From a virus, in IMG/VR virus record IMGVR_UViG_3300025312_000144: a stretch of 39,447 nt of DNA. One strand, 5' to 3'. The position numbers were made by a program, and so were the translations under genes. Numbering within the stretch: position 1 is the stretch's first letter; the number at the start of each line of letters is the position of its first letter. This document shows, one piece after another, positions 30,432 to 39,028 of this stretch. The notes under the pieces are model-generated. The model had not been told where the DNA came from, did no database searches, and saw only the letters and a program-made list of their open reading frames with translations.

Positions 30432-32489
30432 TTACTCCACCACCGGTATTACCGTACAGGTACAATTAGGGTGTAACGGTGGGCCTTCCACGCTATCGTA
30501 ATCTATATTATAAATCCCGCCTTCTGTACCGCTTATAGACTGCCCTGGCTCTAAATATGTAGTCTCTAGACCTAAGACCGTTCCGTGTATAGCTTGGCAG
30601 AATTGACAAGCCCCTGGATTAGCAAACCACTCTTTTTTAACTACGAAGCCGGTTTGCCGATAGGCTTCTAAAGTCGCCTCTGTACTAGCATCTAGAGTCT
30701 CGGTTCTCGCTATTCTTTCGGCTCTAAACTTTTCGCTACTACTATAAAAACTTTCTATCTTTTTAGTAGTATCTCTTAGAGTAGCGTTATTTAAGGTCGC
30801 GTCAGTTAGTATCTTTTCTAGTTCCTGTCTAGTTTCTCGATTGAAATTCAAACCGGCTCTGGCTAATCTATCCTTTAGATTATCCGTTATTCGTTGCGTT
30901 ATCTCAAACTTTAGCTTTTCTTCGCCGGCTAACTGTAAAGCGATTGGGCCTTGGTCTTTAGCCAATTCTACCAAAATCGGATAGACTTCTTCTATTAGTC
31001 TTTTAGTTTCTTCGTCTAAATCAAATAAAATATCGTTATACGCTTTCGACCTAACGAACTGCGGAGTTAGTCTATCTATAACTACCTTCTCTTGTTTTTT
31101 TAAGAATTTAACTACTTGCTTTTTCGTAACCTTAGCGTACTTCTCTTGCATCTTAATAAGCGAAATTCTAAAGTTCTCCTTAGTTTCGGGACTAATAATT
31201 AGCGCTTTAATCTTCGGTCTTTTATGGTGGATTATTTTAATAGTCGCCTTGCCATTTTCCTTTTTAACGTCAGTTAGAATTTTCGCTGCTATTGGCGAGC
31301 CGGCCGGAGATAGATTAAACGGCAGGTAAAACTGGTTTCCGCCTTCTGTTTCTCCTAAACCTTTTTCGGCTCTAATCTCGTCTCTGGTTTTCCACATATT
31401 GATAGCGGCAGTATCTTCGGAAAGTTGGGAGGTTCTATCTTCTGGGACGGGCGACTCGTATCTAACGGTAATCGAAGGGTCGCCGTAGGTCTTATCGATA
31501 TAAGTTTCTAAAGTATCGGCTATTCGATACATCTTCGGGTCGATAACTCTCTTAGCGAAAATATACTCGCTACTTTCGGCGTTTGCTCTATTTACGTCCT
31601 CGGTAATACCTAGAATTGGTTTAGGAACTCGAAACATCGCCATAATATCATCTCGGCTCATATGCTTAGCGGTCTCTAAAGCTATCCCTTCTAAACCTGT
31701 TCCTAGTTGTGTAAAAGTAACTTCGGAGTTTCTAACGATTGCTACCTTACCGGCGTTATCAACGCTTCCATACTCGCTTCTCCAGCGTTCCTTAAGCTGC
31801 TTAAAATCGTCCTCGTTCATTTGCGGTACAGATAAAATACCGCTAGGACGAGCGTTATTAAATAAGAAGTTTCTAGTAAATCTAGAAGCGTATTCTTCTG
31901 TTTGTATATAAAGCTGTCCGGCCGCGACTACTCCGTAACCTCTAGATGGGTCTTCAGGATTAGGTAGCTTAAAATGCATTACTTCGTCTAATTCTAGGGG
32001 TACTTGCTCTCCGCTCGGTAGGTTATAAACGTAGCCCGTTATATATCCGTTCTTAGCCATTATTACTTGGACTAAATCTGGTCTTAATAAATAAATCTCT
32101 TTAGGCTTTCTCGAAACCTCACCAACCCTAAAATACCAAAAAGCCTCTCCGGTTAATTCTATAAAGGCTTGGGTCAATTCAAATAAAACAAACTGCGAAA
32201 TAAAAGGATTAGGTTTTCTTAGCAGGGTAATAAAAGGGTGGTTATCGATTTCTACTTCATCGCCTCTAGAATTATCTTTAACTATTTTGAATTGTATTTT
32301 TCCTACTTCTCCGGCTATCGCCCCTACGCAAGTCCAGACGTAGCCGACGTTACTTTTTAATTGGGTTCTTTTAGTAATAGCGTTGGGATTAGACCAATCC
32401 AGCATAAAGGTATTCTGCGAAGGTGTATTATCACCAAATCCGGCGAATAGTTTTCCGACTATTGGTATTCGGACAAGCGGGTTAGCCAT
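30432..32489 (-). CDS. portal protein fused to a MuF / SPP1 gp7-like head-morphogenesis domain
   Basis: 685 aa. The N-terminal ~400 aa are portal-like. The C-terminus FRAERIARTETLDAS...KKEWFANPGACQFCQ...GPPLHPNCTCTVIPV carries the MuF-family signature. Confidence 0.75.
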   Translation of the reverse strand: MANPLVRIPIVGKLFAGFGDNTPSQNTFMLDWSNPNAITKRTQLKSNVGYVWTCVGAIAGEVGKIQFKIVKDNSRGDEVEIDNHPFITLLRKPNPFISQFVLFELTQAFIELTGEAFWYFRVGEVSRKPKEIYLLRPDLVQVIMAKNGYITGYVYNLPSGEQVPLELDEVMHFKLPNPEDPSRGYGVVAAGQLYIQTEEYASRFTRNFLFNNARPSGILSVPQMNEDDFKQLKERWRSEYGSVDNAGKVAIVRNSEVTFTQLGTGLEGIALETAKHMSRDDIMAMFRVPKPILGITEDVNRANAESSEYIFAKRVIDPKMYRIADTLETYIDKTYGDPSITVRYESPVPEDRTSQLSEDTAAINMWKTRDEIRAEKGLGETEGGNQFYLPFNLSPAGSPIAAKILTDVKKENGKATIKIIHHKRPKIKALIISPETKENFRISLIKMQEKYAKVTKKQVVKFLKKQEKVVIDRLTPQFVRSKAYNDILFDLDEETKRLIEEVYPILVELAKDQGPIALQLAGEEKLKFEITQRITDNLKDRLARAGLNFNRETRQELEKILTDATLNNATLRDTTKKIESFYSSSEKFRAERIARTETLDASTEATLEAYRQTGFVVKKEWFANPGACQFCQAIHGTVLGLETTYLEPGQSISGTEGGIYNIDYDSVEGPPLHPNCTCTVIPVVE

Positions 32490-32516
32490 TAGCTATAAAT
32501 ATAACATAAATAGTCA

Positions 32517-33800
32517 TTAAATAAAATCAAATTCAACATTTGGTTGATAAACTAAGCGCCAGCACATCTCTAGAGCATCGATAACGTCTAGATTTTCGCT
32601 ATCGGGATAATCCTGCATCTCTTGCCAAAGTTCGTTATCACCCTTAAATAAAATCTGGCCGGTGTTAATAAAAGGCTCTAAACTCTCGATACGCTCCTCT
32701 TTTTTCTTACTTTGGTTTATCCCCTCGAACGGTATGTAGCGACCCCTATCTTGGCTTTTTTCCTTAATAACGTCTAAAAAGTATTTCTGGAATTGTACCG
32801 ACTCTATCCCAAACCTCTCGAATTGGTAGGGTAAGTTAAAGATAGTTCGGATAGTTTCTTCGGGCGGCATTTGCTTACCGATACTTTCTACCTCGTAGAC
32901 TTTACCGTTCTTATCTTTTCCTAAAACTACGATACCTACTAAACTACCCTTCTTAGTTTCTCCTAGAGCTAAATCGCAAGAACCCCAGTATTTAACTATC
33001 TCCGGTAGGTATTCGTATTTTTGCGGCTTAAAGTAAGTAAACTCGTTAGCTTCGGGAAATTGGACTAAATAGTATCGCTTCCAATCTTTACCGGTCGTTT
33101 GCGATTTCTGTTGCTCTAATCTTTCTTGGTTTATTCTGCCTTCCGCTATAGCTTGCTCTAGAGGTACTCTAACCTTTTTATAAAGCGGGTCTTTGTAGGC
33201 GGTCTCGAAGATACTATTCTCGATACAGTTTCCGCTTAATACCATTTTACCCCAGTCGCCCTCTAGCATACGAACTATTTTAGAAAATTGCTCTTGCCGT
33301 TTTATTAGTCCGGCTTCTTCGACTACTACTATATCCCCACCCTCGCCGACTACTCTTTCGCCTTCTCTAGTTATATTTCTAGAGTCTACGCTAGTAATAT
33401 AAATCCAGCCCCCGTCATACCACCGCAAGGCTTGCTTACTCATCTGCACTTTTAGTTTTTCTATATCGGAAATATCGGCGTTAATTAGACCTTTATATAA
33501 CTTAGGGTGGTTAGAGATATGCTCTAAAACATACTCCATAATCTTCTGGGCTTTTTCTTCACTACCGGCGACAATAGGTATTTTTAGATTGCGGAAAACT
33601 GCTAGATAAAGACAGGCTATCGCTATATCGTCCGTTTTACCGTAGCGCGTAGGAGCAGAAATCCAAACCCACTTATATTTAGGATTAGTAACCGCTTCGA
33701 AAATATCGCACTGCCCGTCGGTTAAATCAAACGGCTTACCCTGTTTCGTTCGGAACAGGCTCGCTACCAGCGTCTTTATTATCCGGTTCTTCTTCGTCAT
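32517..33800 (-). CDS. terL: terminase large subunit
   Basis: 427 aa. Walker A-like ISAPTRYGKTD and a later VVVEEAG (Walker B-like). Position follows TerS. Confidence 0.8.
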   Translation of the reverse strand: MTKKNRIIKTLVASLFRTKQGKPFDLTDGQCDIFEAVTNPKYKWVWISAPTRYGKTDDIAIACLYLAVFRNLKIPIVAGSEEKAQKIMEYVLEHISNHPKLYKGLINADISDIEKLKVQMSKQALRWYDGGWIYITSVDSRNITREGERVVGEGGDIVVVEEAGLIKRQEQFSKIVRMLEGDWGKMVLSGNCIENSIFETAYKDPLYKKVRVPLEQAIAEGRINQERLEQQKSQTTGKDWKRYYLVQFPEANEFTYFKPQKYEYLPEIVKYWGSCDLALGETKKGSLVGIVVLGKDKNGKVYEVESIGKQMPPEETIRTIFNLPYQFERFGIESVQFQKYFLDVIKEKSQDRGRYIPFEGINQSKKKEERIESLEPFINTGQILFKGDNELWQEMQDYPDSENLDVIDALEMCWRLVYQPNVEFDFI

Positions 33801-34098
33801 AGGCTTTCTGTAATATACCGGCTATTTCTTCGGTACTCTTAGTATCGTCGAAAGTAACCGTAGCTTTCTGTAAGGGTTTGCCGTCCATATAAGCCCAGAC
33901 TAATTCTATTGCCTTTAAGTCTCCACCTAGAGCCTTGTCGATAACTTTAGCCCCTAGAGCTTGCTTAATTCTAGGGTCGGAGTTCATCATCTCCCTAATA
34001 GTCTCGGTTATAGAATAGCCTTTAGGCGGCCTACCGCTTGGGTTGCCGCTCTCGCCTGGTTTGAAAGAAGTATCGTTAGCTTTATCTTCGTTTGACAT
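33736..34098 (-). CDS. terS: terminase small subunit (DUF5681-like)
   Basis: GESGNPSGRPPKG motif, small size, immediately upstream of and overlapping terL. Confidence 0.6.
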   Translation of the reverse strand: MSNEDKANDTSFKPGESGNPSGRPPKGYSITETIREMMNSDPRIKQALGAKVIDKALGGDLKAIELVWAYMDGKPLQKATVTFDDTKSTEEIAGILQKAYDEEEPDNKDAGSEPVPNETG

Positions 34099-34121
34099 AT
34101 CCCTGTAATTTCCCTGTTCTT

Positions 34122-34130
34122 ATTATATCA
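34122..34130 (-). promoter_or_regulatory. extended -10 element TGATATAAT upstream of terS
   Basis: Minus strand TGATATAAT (34130..34122), 23 nt before the terS ATG and 4 nt after the tRNA-like CCA. Confidence 0.35.
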
Positions 34131-34133
34131 AAT

Positions 34134-34208
34134 TGGAGCGTCAGGGTCGGTATCGCACCGCCTTCTCTAGCTTGGAAAGCCAGCGTCTTACTTTTAGACG
34201 ACTGACGC
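34134..34208 (-). tRNA. tRNA-Gly(UCC)-like gene with encoded CCA and non-canonical D and T loops
   Basis: Hand fold of the minus strand. Acceptor GCGTCAG/CTGACGC (7 bp) and U8. D stem GUCU/AGAC with loop AAAAGUA. Anticodon stem CUGGC/GCUAG (one G-U) with loop UU-UCC-AA. T arm GGCGG-UGCGAUA-CCGAC (one G-A mismatch, one extra C). Discriminator U, then CCA. Confidence 0.5.
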
Positions 34209-34849
34209 TAGTTAATCTCTTTAAGATAAGGTTTTCTAAATTTCTCTACTAACTCTTTTAAGCTAGGTTCTAACGGCATTAGGTATTTATACTTACGCTT
34301 TATTATTACTTTCTCTACTTCGCTATCTATATTTTTCCTAATCCAGTCTAGGCTATGAGTATTATACCTCTTACCGATTGTTCTAGTTTGATATACAACC
34401 CCTCTTAATTTAATTAAGTTAGCTTGTCCGGCTCTACCCATAAAAACCCAATTACCCGCTTGGTATATCTTACCTAAGTGTCCGTAATTAGGGTCGGAGA
34501 AAGAAACTACTAACTTAATTCCTTTGTTAGCTTTTTTTAATAAATTAAGCGCTATCGAAACTATTTTAGTAACTGCCGCTTCGTGCGTTCTCAAAGCTAT
34601 TCTAGTCAACTCGCAGATTTCGGTTTGCTTTAACCCGAACGGCCTACCTATATTTCTACTAGCTCCTCGGCTAAATATAACTACCCCAATAAATTTATTA
34701 TTTTCCCAGACTCCTATTCTTACCGACTTACCGTAAGGCATCGATTTAGAATAATGCCAATTTTCTACCGCGTATTTAGCCGCTTGGAACGTGCAGAAAT
34801 CAAGGTGTAAATTTCGCTCCGCATTCGGGACATTCAACTTCTTTTGCAT
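34208..34849 (-). CDS. Mom-like (GNAT-fold) putative DNA-modification protein
   Basis: AAKYAVENWHYSKSMPYGKSVRIGVWENNKFIGVVIFS...ELTRIAL...VVSFSDPNYGHLGKIYQAGNWVFMG fits, from memory, the pattern of the Mom adenine-methylcarbamoylation family. Not verified by search. Confidence 0.45.
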   Translation of the reverse strand: MQKKLNVPNAERNLHLDFCTFQAAKYAVENWHYSKSMPYGKSVRIGVWENNKFIGVVIFSRGASRNIGRPFGLKQTEICELTRIALRTHEAAVTKIVSIALNLLKKANKGIKLVVSFSDPNYGHLGKIYQAGNWVFMGRAGQANLIKLRGVVYQTRTIGKRYNTHSLDWIRKNIDSEVEKVIIKRKYKYLMPLEPSLKELVEKFRKPYLKEIN

Positions 34850-35297
34850 CGAATTTGTCTAATAAAGCCTCGTTACCGGTAGGCGAGAAATTATCTAGTA
34901 ATTCTTGTAAGTTTACCGCTTTACTTAAATCAACTTTATAATCTTCTAGGTTTATTTTAACGCCGTTAATTAACTCGGCTAAGTCTGTATCGATATAATA
35001 TCCGGCGCGGTCGTTATCGCTAATAGCTATTTCTATTTTTTCTTCTTCGGTTTTTACGTTTACTATACTAACCCAAACATCCTCAATCCCTAAATCCTGT
35101 AAAATTCTTAGACGCATATTTCCGCCTAAGACTTCGCCGTCCGGAGTTATAACTAAAGGTTTATAAAGATACTCGCCGGTTATTTCTTTAATCCTTGTAA
35201 ATTGTCTTTTTAGCCGCTCGAAGTCGTCTTTAGTTATCGCTCTAGGGTTCTTGTCCCAATTCCTTAATTTAGATATATGCCAGATAGTTTTTTCCAT
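34800..35297 (-). CDS. ParB N-terminal (ParB/Srx-like) domain protein with C-terminal zinc ribbon
   Basis: WDKNPRAITKDDFERLKRQF...PLVITPDGEVLGGNMRLRIL matches the ParB-like nuclease domain core. The C-terminus is ECPECGAKF. Confidence 0.65.
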   Translation of the reverse strand: MEKTIWHISKLRNWDKNPRAITKDDFERLKRQFTRIKEITGEYLYKPLVITPDGEVLGGNMRLRILQDLGIEDVWVSIVNVKTEEEKIEIAISDNDRAGYYIDTDLAELINGVKINLEDYKVDLSKAVNLQELLDNFSPTGNEALLDKFDAKEVECPECGAKFTP

Positions 35298-35545
35298 CAG
35301 CTTATTTTAGAGTTTCCTTTATCCGGTAGCTTATCGGTAACCATTATATTTCCGTATTCTATCTCGCCTTTTATTAAGTCTACTTTTTCGACTTTATTCT
35401 TTAACATACCGACCCTCTGGCGTTCGACCATTAGGATAACGTCCCAGTCTATATTTATTCGGTTTACCGCCCGTTCGTGGAACTCTTTGTCGTGCTGTAG
35501 GTCTAGCATCGTTTGTAGGTTTCTCTTTTCGATTGAAAATTTCAT
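35297..35545 (-). CDS. hypothetical protein (82 aa)
   Basis: Track ORF, translationally coupled on both sides. Confidence 0.55.
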   Translation of the reverse strand: MKFSIEKRNLQTMLDLQHDKEFHERAVNRINIDWDVILMVERQRVGMLKNKVEKVDLIKGEIEYGNIMVTDKLPDKGNSKIS

Positions 35546-36351
35546 TTTATATGGTAAGGCTGTAATTGCCAGCCGTTTTTATCTTTTTTCCAGACTACGC
35601 TTACTATTTTACCATCTACCAGTAAATCTTGCTTCGGGGTTATATGTATAGTTTTAATTGTCCAATTAACGTAGGCTTTATAACCTTCTTTTAGAACGTC
35701 CATAACGTAGCAAACGTCTGGGCCGAAGCACTCCGCGAAGAACCGATATTTTATATTCTGATATAAATAGGCTAGGGTTAGATAACAATAGAAACCGCCG
35801 CCTGTAATAGGTTCTAGACTCTCATATTTAGGCGGCTCTAAAGTCTTTTGTATAGTCGGGTTTCTTAAATCGTCTACTTTCCAAACTCCGGCCATTTTAA
35901 TTCCGTGCCTACCAACCTGTACCCCTTCTATATAGCCGACATTGTAATCTAGTTGGAAGTCGTCGTACATCTTACGAAAGGCGTTCGGAGGAACTAAAGT
36001 ATCATCCTCGATACCGAAAACGTAGCTACCCTTAATATCTTTTTTACTTCGTTCTTTCATTTCGATTATCCGGTTGCGTTGTATCGAAATCCTAGTATTA
36101 GTCGGGGCAGGATTTCCGCTAATTAAGATTTTAGAGCCGTTAAATTTATCTTTCCGTTCTTCTAAGAAGGCGGTCGTCCTATTGATTATATTCTGATTAT
36201 CAGTATCTATATAAAAATAAACTTCCGTGCCGAGCCAAGGCATTTCTAAGTTATCTAAACTAGGTAAAAACCTATCTAGCGCCCACTCTCTAGTTAGCGG
36301 TACGAAAACGGTTACAAGCGGCTTTTCCGACGGTTTTATTACTTTAAGCAT
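35542..36351 (-). CDS. glycosyltransferase, GT-A fold (family 2-like)
   Basis: N-terminal VTVFVPLTREWALDRFLPSL and a DxD-like GIEDDTLVPPNAF. Confidence 0.6.
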   Translation of the reverse strand: MLKVIKPSEKPLVTVFVPLTREWALDRFLPSLDNLEMPWLGTEVYFYIDTDNQNIINRTTAFLEERKDKFNGSKILISGNPAPTNTRISIQRNRIIEMKERSKKDIKGSYVFGIEDDTLVPPNAFRKMYDDFQLDYNVGYIEGVQVGRHGIKMAGVWKVDDLRNPTIQKTLEPPKYESLEPITGGGFYCYLTLAYLYQNIKYRFFAECFGPDVCYVMDVLKEGYKAYVNWTIKTIHITPKQDLLVDGKIVSVVWKKDKNGWQLQPYHIK

Positions 36352-37388
36352 TGTTCGAAAGTATCTAGGTAAACTTGCCTCATTTTATTCCAAGAAAGTC
36401 TTTCGGCTATTTCGTTAGATTTTTCGCTTAATCTTTCGACTAACTTATCGTCGCTCGCTAATTGGTCTATCTTATCCGCTAATACTTGAGGTTTAGTCTG
36501 GTGGCTTGGCATATGCATCCTAGTAAAAAGCATTTTTCTACTATCAGTATTTATTAAGGACTCGGCCTCTAGTATCTCGTTCTGGGGCGGTAAGTTAGTC
36601 ATTATCGGTACTAGGCCGCGAGATAAGCTCTCTTGTAGCTGTAAGGATAAGCCGCCGTATTTTCTAGGTAGAAGTAGACAATCATACTCTCCGACGTAAT
36701 TTTCCCAATAGTTCTCTACTTCTCGGTCGTCTATTCTAGTATTAAAAGGGCTAGGGTTTTCTATATAAAACTGCGACTTAATAATAAACTCGACGTTTTT
36801 ACTTTTAACTAGAGGTATAGCTTCCAGAACTATATCCGTTCCGTTCCGATTATCCTCAGTCTTATGGCCGGCGATATGTAAAAATCTTCTAGCTTTAGTC
36901 TTTTTGGTAAAAGTTAGAACTTCTCTATTTATAGGTACGGGTAATTCGATAATCTTTACTTTATCGCTAAAGTTATTTCTAACATCGTCTAAATTCCAAT
37001 TAGTCGGCGCGGCTAGTACGTCTGGGAAAGCCCAGTCCGGCCTAACGAAATAATCTAGAAATTCGTAATTAAATTGGTTAATAGAGATGACACCTTTTTC
37101 TTTGGCTAGGGAAAATAATCTGTAAGAATAAGGAGACTCGATAGTAAATACTAAATCTATATCGGTTAGAAGCCAATTAAAATCTACTTCGTTAGGGAAG
37201 CCGTGTACAAACTTTACATTATCGCCGGTATACCATCGAGGATAGGTTTTAGCAATCTTACCTTTAGACTGATTAACCGCCGTTATATCTACAACTAAAG
37301 TTTTATCAGGTTTAATATGGTCGTAAAACTCTTTTGTTTGTACCCCAAGTCCCGTACTATCGCAACGGGCTACTAGACCAATTCTCAT
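36339..37388 (-). CDS. glycosyltransferase, GT-B fold (group 1 / GT4-like)
   Basis: C-terminal GGLSLQLQESLSRGLVPIMTN resembles the E-x7-E region of GT4 enzymes. Confidence 0.6.
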   Translation of the reverse strand: MRIGLVARCDSTGLGVQTKEFYDHIKPDKTLVVDITAVNQSKGKIAKTYPRWYTGDNVKFVHGFPNEVDFNWLLTDIDLVFTIESPYSYRLFSLAKEKGVISINQFNYEFLDYFVRPDWAFPDVLAAPTNWNLDDVRNNFSDKVKIIELPVPINREVLTFTKKTKARRFLHIAGHKTEDNRNGTDIVLEAIPLVKSKNVEFIIKSQFYIENPSPFNTRIDDREVENYWENYVGEYDCLLLPRKYGGLSLQLQESLSRGLVPIMTNLPPQNEILEAESLINTDSRKMLFTRMHMPSHQTKPQVLADKIDQLASDDKLVERLSEKSNEIAERLSWNKMRQVYLDTFEQCLK

Positions 37389-39028
37389 AAGTTTTTATAC
37401 ATCGGCTCACCGGCTCTCCCGTCTAAGTGGTAGCTTCTTTTCATATCTCCGCTCGGAGCGTAAACCATTATTTTCCAATCATTCCAGCCGGCCTTGCCCC
37501 TGTCCTTATAATCGCTAATTACTCTACCGTGAACCTTATCCTCTATAAAAGACTTCTCCTCCGGATTAAAATACTTATCTAGCGTTTTTATATAAAATTC
37601 GGTAGAGGCGAGGTGCGGTCGTTGCGACCACTGCGCCGTTCTAATTATGGGAACGTCGTTAATAGTTATCGGTTGCTCGTCTAGCATCAAATGCTTATGG
37701 TCGGGTAGTATAAGAGCCTCGTGGTGAAATCTAATTAAATTAGCGTCGCCCTCTAGAATAGTTTTCTGTAATGCCTCCCAAGGTATATATTCGCAGAGCG
37801 GCGTGTCGTGTTCTACAAAAAGAATAAGCGGAGTTTTAACATCTCTTAATACTTTTCTAGTCATACCGGACTGGTGGTTAAACTCGTCGAACATTACCGG
37901 AGTAACTTTTTTCCACTCGAAATTAGTTTTCCAAAGTATTCGTCTAATATACTCCTGATAATCATTATTACTCTCCTTTTGCTCCTCACGCACGCCGTCA
38001 ATCATTAAAATTATTTCCGAACCTGGCAGTTTATCTCTTACGCTTAAAATAGTTTCTTCTATAATCGAAGTATCGGGGTTAGACTTTATAGGCGAAGTTG
38101 GTATTAAAACTGTAATAAGGCCGTAATCCATTTTAGTTTTCGATAGATAACTAATATCTTCTTTTATATTATATTCTAGTTTCTTTTTATATTGTTGCCA
38201 CCAAGAGAAAACTCGATTATTAACGTTAGGATACCTGTCGTAATAGTTTACAAATACCCCTTTTAGCTTTTTCCAGTCCGTTAGAATAGGGAAAGGTAAA
38301 TCAGAAGAAGCAGAGTTAGTAAAAAGGTAACGCCAATAATTAGTAGCTTTCGCATTTTTAGGTATTTTATCATCTACGATAGGAACGCATCCAGCCTCTA
38401 AGGCTTCGTAGAAACGAAAGGTATCAGGAGTTTCCGGCCCAGAGGGGCAAATAGCTATCTTCGTTCTAGATAATAACTCGTAATAGTCTTTTCTACTTAA
38501 ACCCTCGGTAAACCTTTCAGTTTCGTTTAAGAACCCTTTATACTGCTCGTCCTCTAATAAAGCGTGCATAAACTTAGCGGCTAGTTTTCTTCGTTTATGA
38601 GTTATCTGTCCAGAAAAAGCCCAATCGTAGTCTTTCACTCCGTCGTTTTTGCCTATAAGTTCTCTAGCGTCCGGAGGCCAGCCATCGCCTAAATACCTGT
38701 CTGCTATTTTAGGTTTATGAAAGTCTGGGGTCATTTGATAAACTAATAAACGTTTGTGTTTTAGCTTATCTATCGGAAATACGTTTTCTTCGTCTCCGGC
38801 TAAAATAATTAAAACCCAATCTAGGTTTTTTATATCCTCGTTTATTTCGTCTACCTTATCAGAGTGGGAACGGGCAGGGATAATAACTATCGCTCCGCCG
38901 CTTTCGACCATTTTATCTTCGTGCCAGAACTCCTCGCCGGAGAATATATACTCTAAAAGACCCTCGTCCCAGTAACCCCGATTAGGAGTATCTTCTTTAT
39001 AGCTTTTCCAAACTACCGGTATTCTCAT
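37385..39028 (-). CDS. two-domain glycosyltransferase (exostosin-like N-domain plus GT-A C-domain)
   Basis: The N-half IAICPSGPETPDTFRFYEALEAGCVPIV is exostosin/GT47-like. The C-half LITVLIPTSP...ILMIDGV...LFVEHDTP is GT-A-like with a DxD-type motif. Confidence 0.6.
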   Translation of the reverse strand: MRIPVVWKSYKEDTPNRGYWDEGLLEYIFSGEEFWHEDKMVESGGAIVIIPARSHSDKVDEINEDIKNLDWVLIILAGDEENVFPIDKLKHKRLLVYQMTPDFHKPKIADRYLGDGWPPDARELIGKNDGVKDYDWAFSGQITHKRRKLAAKFMHALLEDEQYKGFLNETERFTEGLSRKDYYELLSRTKIAICPSGPETPDTFRFYEALEAGCVPIVDDKIPKNAKATNYWRYLFTNSASSDLPFPILTDWKKLKGVFVNYYDRYPNVNNRVFSWWQQYKKKLEYNIKEDISYLSKTKMDYGLITVLIPTSPIKSNPDTSIIEETILSVRDKLPGSEIILMIDGVREEQKESNNDYQEYIRRILWKTNFEWKKVTPVMFDEFNHQSGMTRKVLRDVKTPLILFVEHDTPLCEYIPWEALQKTILEGDANLIRFHHEALILPDHKHLMLDEQPITINDVPIIRTAQWSQRPHLASTEFYIKTLDKYFNPEEKSFIEDKVHGRVISDYKDRGKAGWNDWKIMVYAPSGDMKRSYHLDGRAGEPMYKNL

